Shown here: piece by piece, positions 1 through 7,813 of the stretch
Layout of the letters: each line of letters begins with the position of its first letter
How positions within the stretch are numbered: the first letter of the stretch is position 1
Assembly: GCA_051747585.1 (NCBI GenBank)
Contig: JBNJGH010000103.1
Span: forward strand, 1 to 11,538
Origin: Candidatus Rifleibacteriota bacterium
GTDB taxonomy: Bacteria > Muiribacteriota > Ozemobacteria > Ozemobacterales > Ozemobacteraceae
DNA length: 11,538 nucleotides
Reading direction: 5' to 3'
Translations under genes and position numbers: made by a program
The notes under the pieces: generated by a model
What the model was told of the DNA's origin: nothing
What the model saw: only the letters and a program-made list of their open reading frames with translations
Databases searched by the model: none

Positions 1-13
1 GACACCCTATTGC

Positions 14-83
14 GGTCCCTGAGCGGAGTCGAAGGGACCAGATAATTGTTCACTTGGTGGTTTCGACTACGCTCAACCACCAA
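14..83. repeat. Inverted pair of REP-like palindromic elements
   Basis: Hairpin 1: GGTCCCT(14-20)/AGGGACC(33-39), loop GAGCGGAGTCGA. Hairpin 2: TTGGTGGTT(54-62)/AACCACCAA(75-83), loop TCGACTACGCTC, whose reverse complement matches loop 1 at 11/12 nt. Confidence 0.75.
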
Positions 84-161
84 TATACGATGACAATTTA
101 CGGGCTTTCTTGGTGATCCTCGTGGTTTTGCGGCTTGGTGTGAGGCAAATTATTGATGGGG

Positions 162-190
162 TTTAAAAACAGAATTGTTTGCGGTATTTT
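162..190 (+). promoter_or_regulatory. Possible sigma70 promoter for uORF-nadE
   Basis: TTTAAA(162-167)-17 nt-TATTTT(185-190); weak match in AT-rich DNA. Confidence 0.25.
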
Positions 191-213
191 GTAAAAAAAC
201 AGAGGAGGATTTT

Positions 214-273
214 ATGATTCAGATAAGCAAACCCAATTCAGAAAAAATTATCGAAATGGGCACAACAGAATGA
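214..273 (+). CDS. 19-aa upstream ORF (MIQISKPNSEKIIEMGTTE), possibly a truncated cupin remnant, coupled to nadE
   Basis: SD AGGAGG at 203-208, 5 nt before ATG 214; TGA stop (271-273) overlaps the nadE ATG (270-272) as ATGA; nadE has no SD of its own. Confidence 0.55.
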   Translation: MIQISKPNSEKIIEMGTTE

Positions 274-2282
274 CTGAATCATTTTATAATCCCTATACTC
301 ACGGTTTTTTTCGTTGCGCTGCTGCATCATGCGAAGTAAGAATCGGAGACCCGTTTTTTAATTTGCAATCTCACCTGGAAATGGCAATCAAAGCCTCCAA
401 TCAATTTACCGGCATGGTGGTTTTTCCTGAGCTGGGTTTGAGCGGCTACTCATTGCAGGACATCTTTTTTCAAAAAACTCTTTTACGGGATTGCCAGATA
501 GCGCTCGAACAGCTGATAGAAGAAAGCAACCAGTTTTTTTCTCTGCTCATTGTCGGTTTGCCGATGCTTATTAATGACCGGCTGTTTAACTGCGCCGCTA
601 TAGTGCATCGCGGAGCACTACTGGGCATAGTTCCCAAAACATTTTTGCCCAATCATTTTGAATTTTACGAAAAACGACACTTCTCACCCGCCGACCAACT
701 TGATGCTGATGAAATTATTTTCCTCGGAAAAAACGTACCGGTTGGCACTGACCTCATCTTTAAATGCAAAGAATTTTCCGGAGCAAAAATAGCAGTCGAA
801 ATCTGCGAGGATTTGTGGGCTCCCGTTTCTCCGGCTACTTCAGCCTGCCTTGCCGGCGCAAATCTTATCGCAAATCTTTCGGCCAGTAACGTTGTTGTTG
901 GCAAAGCTGATTATCGCCGCCTGATTATCAAATCTTTTTCGGGCAGGAATATTTGCGGCTATATCTACACCAGTGCCGGGCAAGGCGAATCAACCACCGA
1001 CCTTGCCTGGGATGGCCATGCAATAATTGCCGAAAACGCCACTATAATAAAAGAAAATTCAAGATTCAGCCAAAATGGCTCTTTAACAATCGCAGACCTT
1101 GACGTAGATCTTCTTACCTCTGAGCGAATAAGATACAGCACTTTTAAAGATGCCAGAAAAACCTTTTCACCAAAGCATAAAGAATACCGCTTTATTAATT
1201 TCTGCCTTGAAGAACTTCCCGAATCCCTTGAATTAGCAAGAGAAATTTCAACCAGACCTTATATTCCAAATAATCCCTCGATGCGAAACAACAGATGTAA
1301 CGAGGTTTTCAACATGCAGGTTCAGGGTCTTATTACTCGAATGGAAACTACCGGAATAAACAAGTTAATTGTAGGAGTTTCCGGAGGTCTCGATTCGACT
1401 CTGGCATTGATGGTTGCCTGCAAAGCCGCCGACAAACTGGAACTAGATCGCAAAAATGTTATCGGCTGTACTATGCCCGGCTTTGCCACTTCCGAACACA
1501 CAAAAAATTGTGCCCACAGTTTAATGAAATCTTTGCATGTCACCAGTCTCGAAATTGATATTATTCCGTCAGCTACGCAAATGTTGCGGGATCTTAAGCA
1601 CCCATTTATTGAAGGAGAGCGAGTTTACGATATAACCTTTGAAAATGTTCAGGCAGGTGAGCGCACTTCACATCTGTTTAGACTTGCCAACCAGCACAGC
1701 GCAATGGTTGTCGGAACGGGAGACCTCAGCGAGCTTGCTTTAGGCTGGTGTACTTACGGCGTGGGCGACCACATGTCTCATTACAATGTTAATGCCTCGA
1801 TACCCAAAACTCTGATACAATATTTAATCAGATGGGCTGCTGACACCGAAGCCCTTGGTGATAATCTTTCTTCAGTTTTATACGAGATACTTCAACTTGA
1901 AATAAGTCCTGAGCTCGTTCCCTCTGAATCAAATGAAGATAAACCACAATCTTCGCAGGCAGTCATTGGGCCTTATGAATTACAGGATTTCAATCTTTAC
2001 TACATTTCAAGATTTGGCTTTTCCCCTGCAAAAGTTGCTTACTTATGCTATAACGCCTGGCAGCAGACCGAAGAACCAAAATATGATCTAAAACAAATAA
2101 AAAAATGGCTTGAGGTTTTTGTAAAAAGATTTCTGCAAACTTCTCAGTTTAAAAGAAGCTGCATGCCCGATTCACCTAAAATTGGTTCAGGTGGCTCACT
2201 TTCGCCAAGAGGCGACTGGCGCGCGCCTTCAGACTTGGCCGCCAGAATCTGGCTCAACGAAATAAAAACAAAAATCCCTTAA
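270..2282 (+). CDS. nadE: Glutamine-dependent NAD+ synthetase
   Basis: N-terminal nitrilase/glutaminase domain with Glu-Lys-Cys triad (FPELGLSGY, PKTFLPN..EFYEKRHF, EICEDLW); C-terminal synthetase domain with PP-loop SGGLDST, ENVQAGERT, GTGDLSELALGWCTY, SQFKRS, SPRGDWRAPSD; 670 aa. Confidence 0.97.
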   Translation: MTESFYNPYTHGFFRCAAASCEVRIGDPFFNLQSHLEMAIKASNQFTGMVVFPELGLSGYSLQDIFFQKTLLRDCQIALEQLIEESNQFFSLLIVGLPMLINDRLFNCAAIVHRGALLGIVPKTFLPNHFEFYEKRHFSPADQLDADEIIFLGKNVPVGTDLIFKCKEFSGAKIAVEICEDLWAPVSPATSACLAGANLIANLSASNVVVGKADYRRLIIKSFSGRNICGYIYTSAGQGESTTDLAWDGHAIIAENATIIKENSRFSQNGSLTIADLDVDLLTSERIRYSTFKDARKTFSPKHKEYRFINFCLEELPESLELAREISTRPYIPNNPSMRNNRCNEVFNMQVQGLITRMETTGINKLIVGVSGGLDSTLALMVACKAADKLELDRKNVIGCTMPGFATSEHTKNCAHSLMKSLHVTSLEIDIIPSATQMLRDLKHPFIEGERVYDITFENVQAGERTSHLFRLANQHSAMVVGTGDLSELALGWCTYGVGDHMSHYNVNASIPKTLIQYLIRWAADTEALGDNLSSVLYEILQLEISPELVPSESNEDKPQSSQAVIGPYELQDFNLYYISRFGFSPAKVAYLCYNAWQQTEEPKYDLKQIKKWLEVFVKRFLQTSQFKRSCMPDSPKIGSGGSLSPRGDWRAPSDLAARIWLNEIKTKIP

Positions 2283-2301
2283 CCGGATTTGCTTTTTTTT
2301 T
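2272..2301 (+). terminator. Weak putative intrinsic terminator of nadE
   Basis: AAATCC(2272-2277)/GGATTT(2285-2290) spanning the stop codon, then GC and T9 (2293-2301); the stem is weak. Confidence 0.3.
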
Positions 2302-2316
2302 AAATTTCATTACAAT
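2289..2316 (+). promoter_or_regulatory. Putative sigma70 promoter driving the intergenic structured RNA
   Basis: TTGCTT(2289-2294)-16 nt-TACAAT(2311-2316); predicted start ~2322-2324. Confidence 0.5.
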
Positions 2317-2322
2317 AAAAAA

Positions 2323-2538
2323 TGAGAGAGATTAAAGGGGACCCAAAAAATTAAACGTATAAGAACGAACTTTCTATTCTCGCGCTTTTTCTATGTTAGT
2401 AACCGCTACGATTTAAGAATCGTAACGGACTATGCCCGCTGAAAATTGTTTCAGCTGACCCGCAAGGGTCGACACAACCCAACAATATCCCTTTCAGGGA
2501 GCTGTTCAAATCGAACAGCTCCATTTTTTTCTTTTTTT
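2323..2538 (+). ncRNA. Candidate structured ncRNA or cis-regulatory leader, family unrecognised
   Basis: Consecutive hairpins 2403-2428, 2438-2455, 2457-2470 (GCAA GNRA tetraloop) and terminator 2498-2538, between a promoter and a U-tract; only very short (about 10 codons or fewer) ATG-initiated ORFs seen on +. Confidence 0.55.
2498..2538 (+). terminator. Rho-independent terminator
   Basis: Perfect 10-bp stem GGAGCTGTTC(2498-2507)/GAACAGCTCC(2513-2522), loop AAATC, followed by A-T7-C-T7. Confidence 0.85.
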
Positions 2539-2551
2539 AAGGCTGCGAAAT

Positions 2552-2585
2552 TGTTACAATAATTATACAGACATAAAAAGGGAGG
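2552..2585 (+). promoter_or_regulatory. Extended -10 promoter and SD for the MBL gene
   Basis: TGnTACAAT at 2552-2560; GGAGG at 2581-2585, 5 nt before ATG 2591. Confidence 0.55.
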
Positions 2586-2590
2586 AATAC

Positions 2591-3241
2591 ATGAATAATT
2601 TAACAAATTGTGTTAAATGGCTTGGTCATGCCAGCTTGTTGATTGAAACAAGCGCCGGCAACATTTTCATCGACCCATGGAAAATCAAAGGGGAATATGA
2701 AGCTGAACTTGTTCTTATTACCCACGCTCATTTTGATCATCTTAGTCCAGATGATATCAACAAGATTCTGCCACCCGGCAAAACAGTTATTGCCCCACCT
2801 GATTGTCTCGATAAGTTACAGAGTAAATTTGAATGCCTTGCCATTTCCCCCGGTAAAGAAATTAAAAAGGGAAATATTAAAGTCACAGGAACTTATTCTT
2901 ACAATAAAAACAAGGAATTTCATCCGAAAAATAATAACTGGGTTGGCTACAAAATTGAGGTAGACAATAAAACCTTTTATATTGCCGGCGACACCGATTT
3001 TATTCCGGAAATGTCAGAGGTAAAAGCAAATGTTGCTATTTTACCGATAGGCGGCACTTATACAATGAACTACAAGGAGGCAGCCCAGGCAGCTAGAACT
3101 ATAAAGCCAGATGTTGCCATTCCTGTTCATTATGGCGATATAGTAGGTGAAGCCGATGAAGGGCAAAAATTTGCCGAAGAACTTAAAGGAGCAATAGAGG
3201 TAGAGATTCTCAAACCTGAACTTGCGACACAAAGTGCGTAA
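2591..3241 (+). CDS. MBL-fold metallo-hydrolase (UPF0173/UlaG-like)
   Basis: WLGHAS, IDPW, HxHxDH motif THAHFDH, FHPK, YIAGDT, LPIGGTYTM, PVHYG; strong SD; 216 aa. Confidence 0.93.
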   Translation: MNNLTNCVKWLGHASLLIETSAGNIFIDPWKIKGEYEAELVLITHAHFDHLSPDDINKILPPGKTVIAPPDCLDKLQSKFECLAISPGKEIKKGNIKVTGTYSYNKNKEFHPKNNNWVGYKIEVDNKTFYIAGDTDFIPEMSEVKANVAILPIGGTYTMNYKEAAQAARTIKPDVAIPVHYGDIVGEADEGQKFAEELKGAIEVEILKPELATQSA

Positions 3242-3247
3242 GCTTAA

Positions 3248-3784
3248 TTAATCAATACTGGCAACCAGAGACCTTATATCTTTGGCGCTCTTTTTAGAGC
3301 CCCTGGTTGCTTGTTGTACCTTTTCTCTCAGGCGGGCAAAAAGCTTTTTGCGTTTCTCTATTTCCAGCAGGCGACTTTTCTGTTCTTCAGTCAACGACTC
3401 ATTATCTGTTATTGATTTTGTTGCGGTTCTGGCAGTTTCTGCATTGCCTGCTCCAGCAAATTGGGCAACAGTTTCAGCCGAACCATTGTCGGAATTTACT
3501 TCAGGCTCAAAGCAAGCATTACTTTTACCTGCCTCTGGGTCTGTGAACAAAACTGTTACAGCAACATCTTCACGTTTCTCAAGCTCTTCACTTATTTTTT
3601 TCAGCTTTTCCGCCTTTTTTTGCTGCGGAGTCTGAAACCTTGTGTGATAGTCTTTAAGCCTGTTTCTTAAATTATGAATACGTTGATTTATCTGAGCCTT
3701 GTCAATCATTTTCTGGGCCTGACAATCATTTGCAGGGCTTAATAGGAGTAAAAAGATTCCGAAACCAAAAACTAAACGCCGCAT
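3248..3784 (-). CDS. Hypothetical secreted protein with charged helical/coiled-coil segments
   Basis: SD GGAGG 6 nt upstream; Sec-type signal MRRLVFGFGIFLLLLSPANDCQA; K/E/R-rich helices flanking an A/T/S/N-rich linker; 178 aa. Confidence 0.8.
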   Translation of the reverse strand: MRRLVFGFGIFLLLLSPANDCQAQKMIDKAQINQRIHNLRNRLKDYHTRFQTPQQKKAEKLKKISEELEKREDVAVTVLFTDPEAGKSNACFEPEVNSDNGSAETVAQFAGAGNAETARTATKSITDNESLTEEQKSRLLEIEKRKKLFARLREKVQQATRGSKKSAKDIRSLVASID

Positions 3785-3823
3785 TGCTTACCTCCGGGTA
3801 TTTCTCATTATTTCTCTTACGAT

Positions 3824-3851
3824 TTATCGACAAAATGCTGCGCAAGTTTTA
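3824..3851 (-). promoter_or_regulatory. Sigma28 (FliA/SigD)-like promoter
   Basis: Minus strand TAAA(3851-3848)-16 nt-GTCGATAA(3831-3824) versus consensus TAAA-N15/16-GCCGATAA. Confidence 0.6.
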
Positions 3852-3866
3852 ATAAATTATAAAGAA

Positions 3867-5849
3867 TCAGCCCGGTGCTCCGTATGCACCAGGTTGTCCC
3901 CCGTTTTCTCCGGCATTCAGCAGAGGTGAGGTGCTCTTAAGATGATAATCATAAGTATCCTGTTGCAAACCGATGAACTCGGGATCGACGTTTAAAATTG
4001 GTCCACCACTCTGATCACAACCTAAGGTTGCCTGGCTGAAATTGTAAATATTGTTATAGGGATAACTTCTGCCAGGGGTCTTGTCTTCGATGCCATAACC
4101 GGAATCAGGTTCGATAAAATTGGCAATAATATTATTCTTGAGAACCGGCTCTTCGGCTCCATTTACAACTATGCCATAAATCGCGTCTACGGTTAGAAAC
4201 TGGTAATCAGCTTTAGCTCCCCCGGCGTCCAAACCTGTTTCAAAACTATGTAACAAACCGTTTTTGACTACAAGATTTTCACGATCTGCGGTTTTGAGTG
4301 CGCAACTTATAGAATTTCTGATGTCAAAATCATTTAACTGCAGATCAGAATTGGATAATAAATCAATTCCCACCTCAGCTTTGCTTATAGTAAGAGTAGA
4401 GAAACTACAATCAGAGGTGTTCTCTGCCAGAAGCGCAGTTTTGCAATCTTCCGAGCTGTAATTTTCTAAGTTCAGATTTTGTGAACCATGGAGAGAAATC
4501 CCAATATCACAGAACCTGGTTTTTATATTGCTGTATTCAACCAAACTATCGTATATGGCAATTCCATCTTCTGCATGAGAAATTAAAATATTTTTTAAAC
4601 GGGTTTTCTTCTGGCTGTGATTTGCAATAATTCTTAAACCATCCCAGTCTTTTCGCGTCGGCAGCGAAGAATTGCTTGTTAAAGAAATGGGTTCTTCATC
4701 TGTACCTTCAGCAATAAGAGTGCCTTCAACCAAAAATTCACATATTTCAGGATTAAAACCGCTTCTGCTCTCATCCTCAGACGAAAACATAACATCAAGA
4801 CCTGCCTGCATGGTAAGTGTAACCCCTTCGGGAACTGTAATATCCCCATTTATATTTAATGGATTCCAGCTTTTCTGCCAAACAAGATCGCGTTTCAATT
4901 CACCTGCTGGAACAATACTTAAAGAGCTGGTCAGAGAAGAAACATTTCCTTCCAGATCAACCGACTGCAATGCATAAGTATAAAACCTGCCCGGTTCGGT
5001 CAGGTCATCTACATAAGTTCTGTTCGCTGCAAAAACCATGTTTTCATTTGCGATCATTTGTAAGTCTTCAGATTCCATTGCCCTGTAAACTCGAAAGCCT
5101 CTTAAAGAGTCTACTCCTTCATAGGTCCAGGACAGTTCAGGCCCTTCATCTGTCTGCGTCAATTTAAGATTAGCCGGCTGTTCGGGATCCCCTTGAATAT
5201 CGAGAGGGTTAACCGTTCTGAAAAAATCTTTTTCAGATACAAAACGGCGATTGTCTTTAGTAATTCCTTCTATTGCAACCATATATTCTGCGCCGGGATG
5301 AAGCCCGGACAACTCAATCTGATGACTGGTTGAAAATTCGGTTGATGGCGGTGTCTGTTGCCTTGTACTGCCAACTTCGCGCCAGGCAGCCCAGACAGAC
5401 ATTTTTTCGGCACAGTTAACATCAATAACTACCCTGTCTTTTTCTCTAACTGCAAGATTCCAGGTAATCATGTCAGGTAAAATTTCAACCTCGATATCAA
5501 TGCCCTCGAGCACCTGGCCATAACCTATTTCAACTGTTTTCGAGGCAAGATAATAACCACCTTTTTCAACCGTCAGCCTGTGCGTTCCGACATCGAGAGA
5601 CGAGAATTCGTAATGTCCGTTTTCGTCTGTTTCTGCTTTAAACAGAGAGCGATGAGAAGAAATAATTGCGCCGGTTATACTGTTGCCGACTTCATCGGTT
5701 ACCAGACCCGAAATCATTCCTCGTTGTGTGCTCATTTGATTTTCACAACCAACAAGCAGCAAAATGCAAACTAAAAATGACAGAAGGAATCTACGGTTAT
5801 TTAACTTGAAAAACACTCTGTTTAGAACTTTTTTTTCATAGCTTCTCAT
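3867..5849 (-). CDS. Lipoprotein: carboxypeptidase-regulatory-like + 2 FN3-like + right-handed parallel beta-helix (paralog 3)
   Basis: Lipobox LLVG-C; GMISGLVTDEVGNSITGA..TDENGHYEF; LSGLHPGAEY; LSWTY..GFRVYR..YVDD..PGRFYTY; GDITVPEGVTLT..GTLIAEGT..DWDGL; C-terminal DPEF..DYHLKSTSPLLNAG..GAYG; ATGA overlap with the upstream gene. Confidence 0.88.
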   Translation of the reverse strand: MRSYEKKVLNRVFFKLNNRRFLLSFLVCILLLVGCENQMSTQRGMISGLVTDEVGNSITGAIISSHRSLFKAETDENGHYEFSSLDVGTHRLTVEKGGYYLASKTVEIGYGQVLEGIDIEVEILPDMITWNLAVREKDRVVIDVNCAEKMSVWAAWREVGSTRQQTPPSTEFSTSHQIELSGLHPGAEYMVAIEGITKDNRRFVSEKDFFRTVNPLDIQGDPEQPANLKLTQTDEGPELSWTYEGVDSLRGFRVYRAMESEDLQMIANENMVFAANRTYVDDLTEPGRFYTYALQSVDLEGNVSSLTSSLSIVPAGELKRDLVWQKSWNPLNINGDITVPEGVTLTMQAGLDVMFSSEDESRSGFNPEICEFLVEGTLIAEGTDEEPISLTSNSSLPTRKDWDGLRIIANHSQKKTRLKNILISHAEDGIAIYDSLVEYSNIKTRFCDIGISLHGSQNLNLENYSSEDCKTALLAENTSDCSFSTLTISKAEVGIDLLSNSDLQLNDFDIRNSISCALKTADRENLVVKNGLLHSFETGLDAGGAKADYQFLTVDAIYGIVVNGAEEPVLKNNIIANFIEPDSGYGIEDKTPGRSYPYNNIYNFSQATLGCDQSGGPILNVDPEFIGLQQDTYDYHLKSTSPLLNAGENGGQPGAYGAPG

Positions 5850-7813
5850 AGTTCTGACACTCCATAACGTCCCATTTCTGAGCCATTCTCATCTTGCAGA
5901 TTCAAAGAAGAGTCTGACCGTAGATGATAATCAAATGGATTGCCACCGACAAAATAGGGATCGGCTTTGATTGCGCCGATACCTGGTCCACAGCCTTCGT
6001 AGGCGGTTGCATAACCCCAGAGATTGTTAAAATCATAAGATGGAGTCAAAATACTTGAATTGACAATTCCCTTTTTACCGGCTTTATTACGGTTAACAAT
6101 TATATTGTTGCTGATTACAACTGTGCCTGAAGCCAGCTCTATACCATTGTCAGCATCGATGGTGCAATGATCGACATTGTTTCCGCTTGAATGCAGAGTT
6201 GAATTAACTGAAATGCCGGTTCCTTTCTCGCTTACGATTAGAACATTTTTTATAACCGACTGACCCAGAACTCCTTTTATGCCATAGCTCTGGCAGTAGA
6301 TATCTGTATTGTCGAGCAAAAGCTTTTCGTCGACTGCTGCTGCAGCCACCTCTATACCTTTATCTACCTGTTGGAATTCAGCTTGTGAAACAATAACCTT
6401 ACGACAACCTTCAATTTTTAATGCCATGGTATCAATTTCTGCAGCAATGTAATTTTTAAAATCAAGTATTTCTCTTACGCCTGCCAGCCTGATTCCACCT
6501 TGAGAATAAGCCACTGAAATAGAATCGAGATCTATTCGGCTGGCTTCAATATTTAAACTGTATGGATAACAGCCAGAAATTTCTACATGTGATAAGGTTG
6601 AAATTCCGGTATCAGAAGAAAGAATTTTGATTCCAGCCCAGTGATCACGCCTGCCCGAGCCATCTAATGGTCGAAATTTAACCGGCGCAAGCTCAGTGCC
6701 ATTCATTATGAGTCTGCCACTTACGATTATTTCTACCCGATCTTCATCGAGCCCTGAAGCAGCAAGGTCTTTTTCGCCAATCAAAAACTCTACTCCGGGT
6801 TCAACCTCGAGGTTTATACCTGCCGGCACAATAAGGTCTGAGTTCAATATTATCGGTGATTCAAGTTGAGCAATCGAAATGTTGGTATTTAAAATTCCCG
6901 GAACAAAAACCTTTTCGGAAACAAGTTTATAAGATTCGCCGGTAAACTGATTTACTGCAGTCACTGCATAATCGGTAAACATGCCGGCTGTCGCGCCCGT
7001 ATCTTTATAGCTGGTTAAATGATCAGAAAGAGGCGTTTCATTTAATCGAAGCCAGTCGCCGCCATTTTCGCGACGATAAAGGTTGTAACCGACAACAGAA
7101 GTCGCGGTGGCCGGCTGCCAGACAACTTCTACCGTATTTGCCTCAGATATGGGCTTTAAGCTTATACCGACAGGGGGAGCAGGTTTATTGCCCAGATCAG
7201 TTTCGAAAGAATAGTCATAGGAATAGTAGCTTGCGCCTTCATTGCTTATATACTGAACTCTAAAATGATAGAAAGTTTCAGGAGTCAGACCGGTAATAAT
7301 GGCTTCATGCTCTTTGGCAGGCCTGGCTTCACGATAAATTGAACCGTAATTTCTACTGGTTCCGTAATCTATATTACAAACTACTTCACGATAAGTCAGC
7401 CAACTGATTTTAGCGCTGGTTGAAGCTACGCTTACAACTCTGACATTGGAAATCCGATTTGGGGCATTGGCCTGGTCGAGGCGAATAAAATCGAGTGCGG
7501 TAGTTTCATCTGATCTTATTTCTATCTGCCTTTCTTCGAGCCGGTAATCGGGATGGAGAATTACAATATTGTTCAAGCCCGCAGGCAGCTCAGATAAATG
7601 AAATCCGCCATCCTTTGCAGTATAAACCTTTTCGCTTTCTCTAAAAATCGAAAAAACCTCTGCATCGACTACCGCATCACCATCTGCATCGATTATGCGG
7701 CTACTGAGACTGCCCGTCTGTGACTGACGCAGTCCGCACCCCTGAATAAAAACTATAAGCAGGGAGGGTAATAAAATTAATAATATCAGTCTTAATTTAT
7801 TGCCTGGGCACAT
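5846..7813 (-). CDS. Lipoprotein, same architecture (paralog 2); start revised from 7840 to 7813
   Basis: GGAG(7823-7820) lies 6 nt before ATG 7813, giving MCPGNKLRLILLILLPSLLIVFIQG-C; ITGLTPETFYHFRV; VVW..GYNLYR..YKD; DLIVPAGINLEVEPGV..HWAGI; C-terminal DPYF..DYHLRSDS..GRYG. Confidence 0.85.
   Translation of the reverse strand: MCPGNKLRLILLILLPSLLIVFIQGCGLRQSQTGSLSSRIIDADGDAVVDAEVFSIFRESEKVYTAKDGGFHLSELPAGLNNIVILHPDYRLEERQIEIRSDETTALDFIRLDQANAPNRISNVRVVSVASTSAKISWLTYREVVCNIDYGTSRNYGSIYREARPAKEHEAIITGLTPETFYHFRVQYISNEGASYYSYDYSFETDLGNKPAPPVGISLKPISEANTVEVVWQPATATSVVGYNLYRRENGGDWLRLNETPLSDHLTSYKDTGATAGMFTDYAVTAVNQFTGESYKLVSEKVFVPGILNTNISIAQLESPIILNSDLIVPAGINLEVEPGVEFLIGEKDLAASGLDEDRVEIIVSGRLIMNGTELAPVKFRPLDGSGRRDHWAGIKILSSDTGISTLSHVEISGCYPYSLNIEASRIDLDSISVAYSQGGIRLAGVREILDFKNYIAAEIDTMALKIEGCRKVIVSQAEFQQVDKGIEVAAAAVDEKLLLDNTDIYCQSYGIKGVLGQSVIKNVLIVSEKGTGISVNSTLHSSGNNVDHCTIDADNGIELASGTVVISNNIIVNRNKAGKKGIVNSSILTPSYDFNNLWGYATAYEGCGPGIGAIKADPYFVGGNPFDYHLRSDSSLNLQDENGSEMGRYGVSEL

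Noticed and set aside
14..83. CRISPR repeat or terminator
   Set aside because: Only two units, inverted rather than direct, with no spacers, cas genes or U-tract.
271..273. TGA read-through or recoding of the uORF stop
   Set aside because: TGA ends paralogs 2 and 3 normally, and the frame after this TGA (LNHFIIPILT) shows no recognisable continuation.
2322..2354. 10-codon ORF MREIKGDPKN at the predicted transcript start
   Set aside because: Very short, no SD and no other support, though leaderless translation cannot be excluded.
2423..2432. Minus-strand TAGTCCGTTA similar to S. pyogenes tracrRNA
   Set aside because: A 10-nt match only, no cas9 or array in the window, and the GNRA loop and terminator point to the + strand.
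2337..2467. c-di-AMP (ydaO) riboswitch resemblance (GGGGACCCAA; TATGCCCG..TCAGCTGACC.CGCAAG)
   Set aside because: The central GGGGUGAAUC/GUAGGG elements and the 5' GCUGAAU-like segment, as I recall the consensus, are missing; cmscan would settle it.
2323..2495. 6S RNA
   Set aside because: The closing stem is short and the fold looks multibranched rather than rod-like; no zapA/ygfA context. Not fully excluded without cmscan.
2337..2523. tmRNA or tRNA-like ends (GGGGAC.. and TTCAAATC..CAGCTCCA)
   Set aside because: Too short for tmRNA, no T-arm stem, no G3:U70 pair and no tag ORF; the 3' part is better explained as a terminator.
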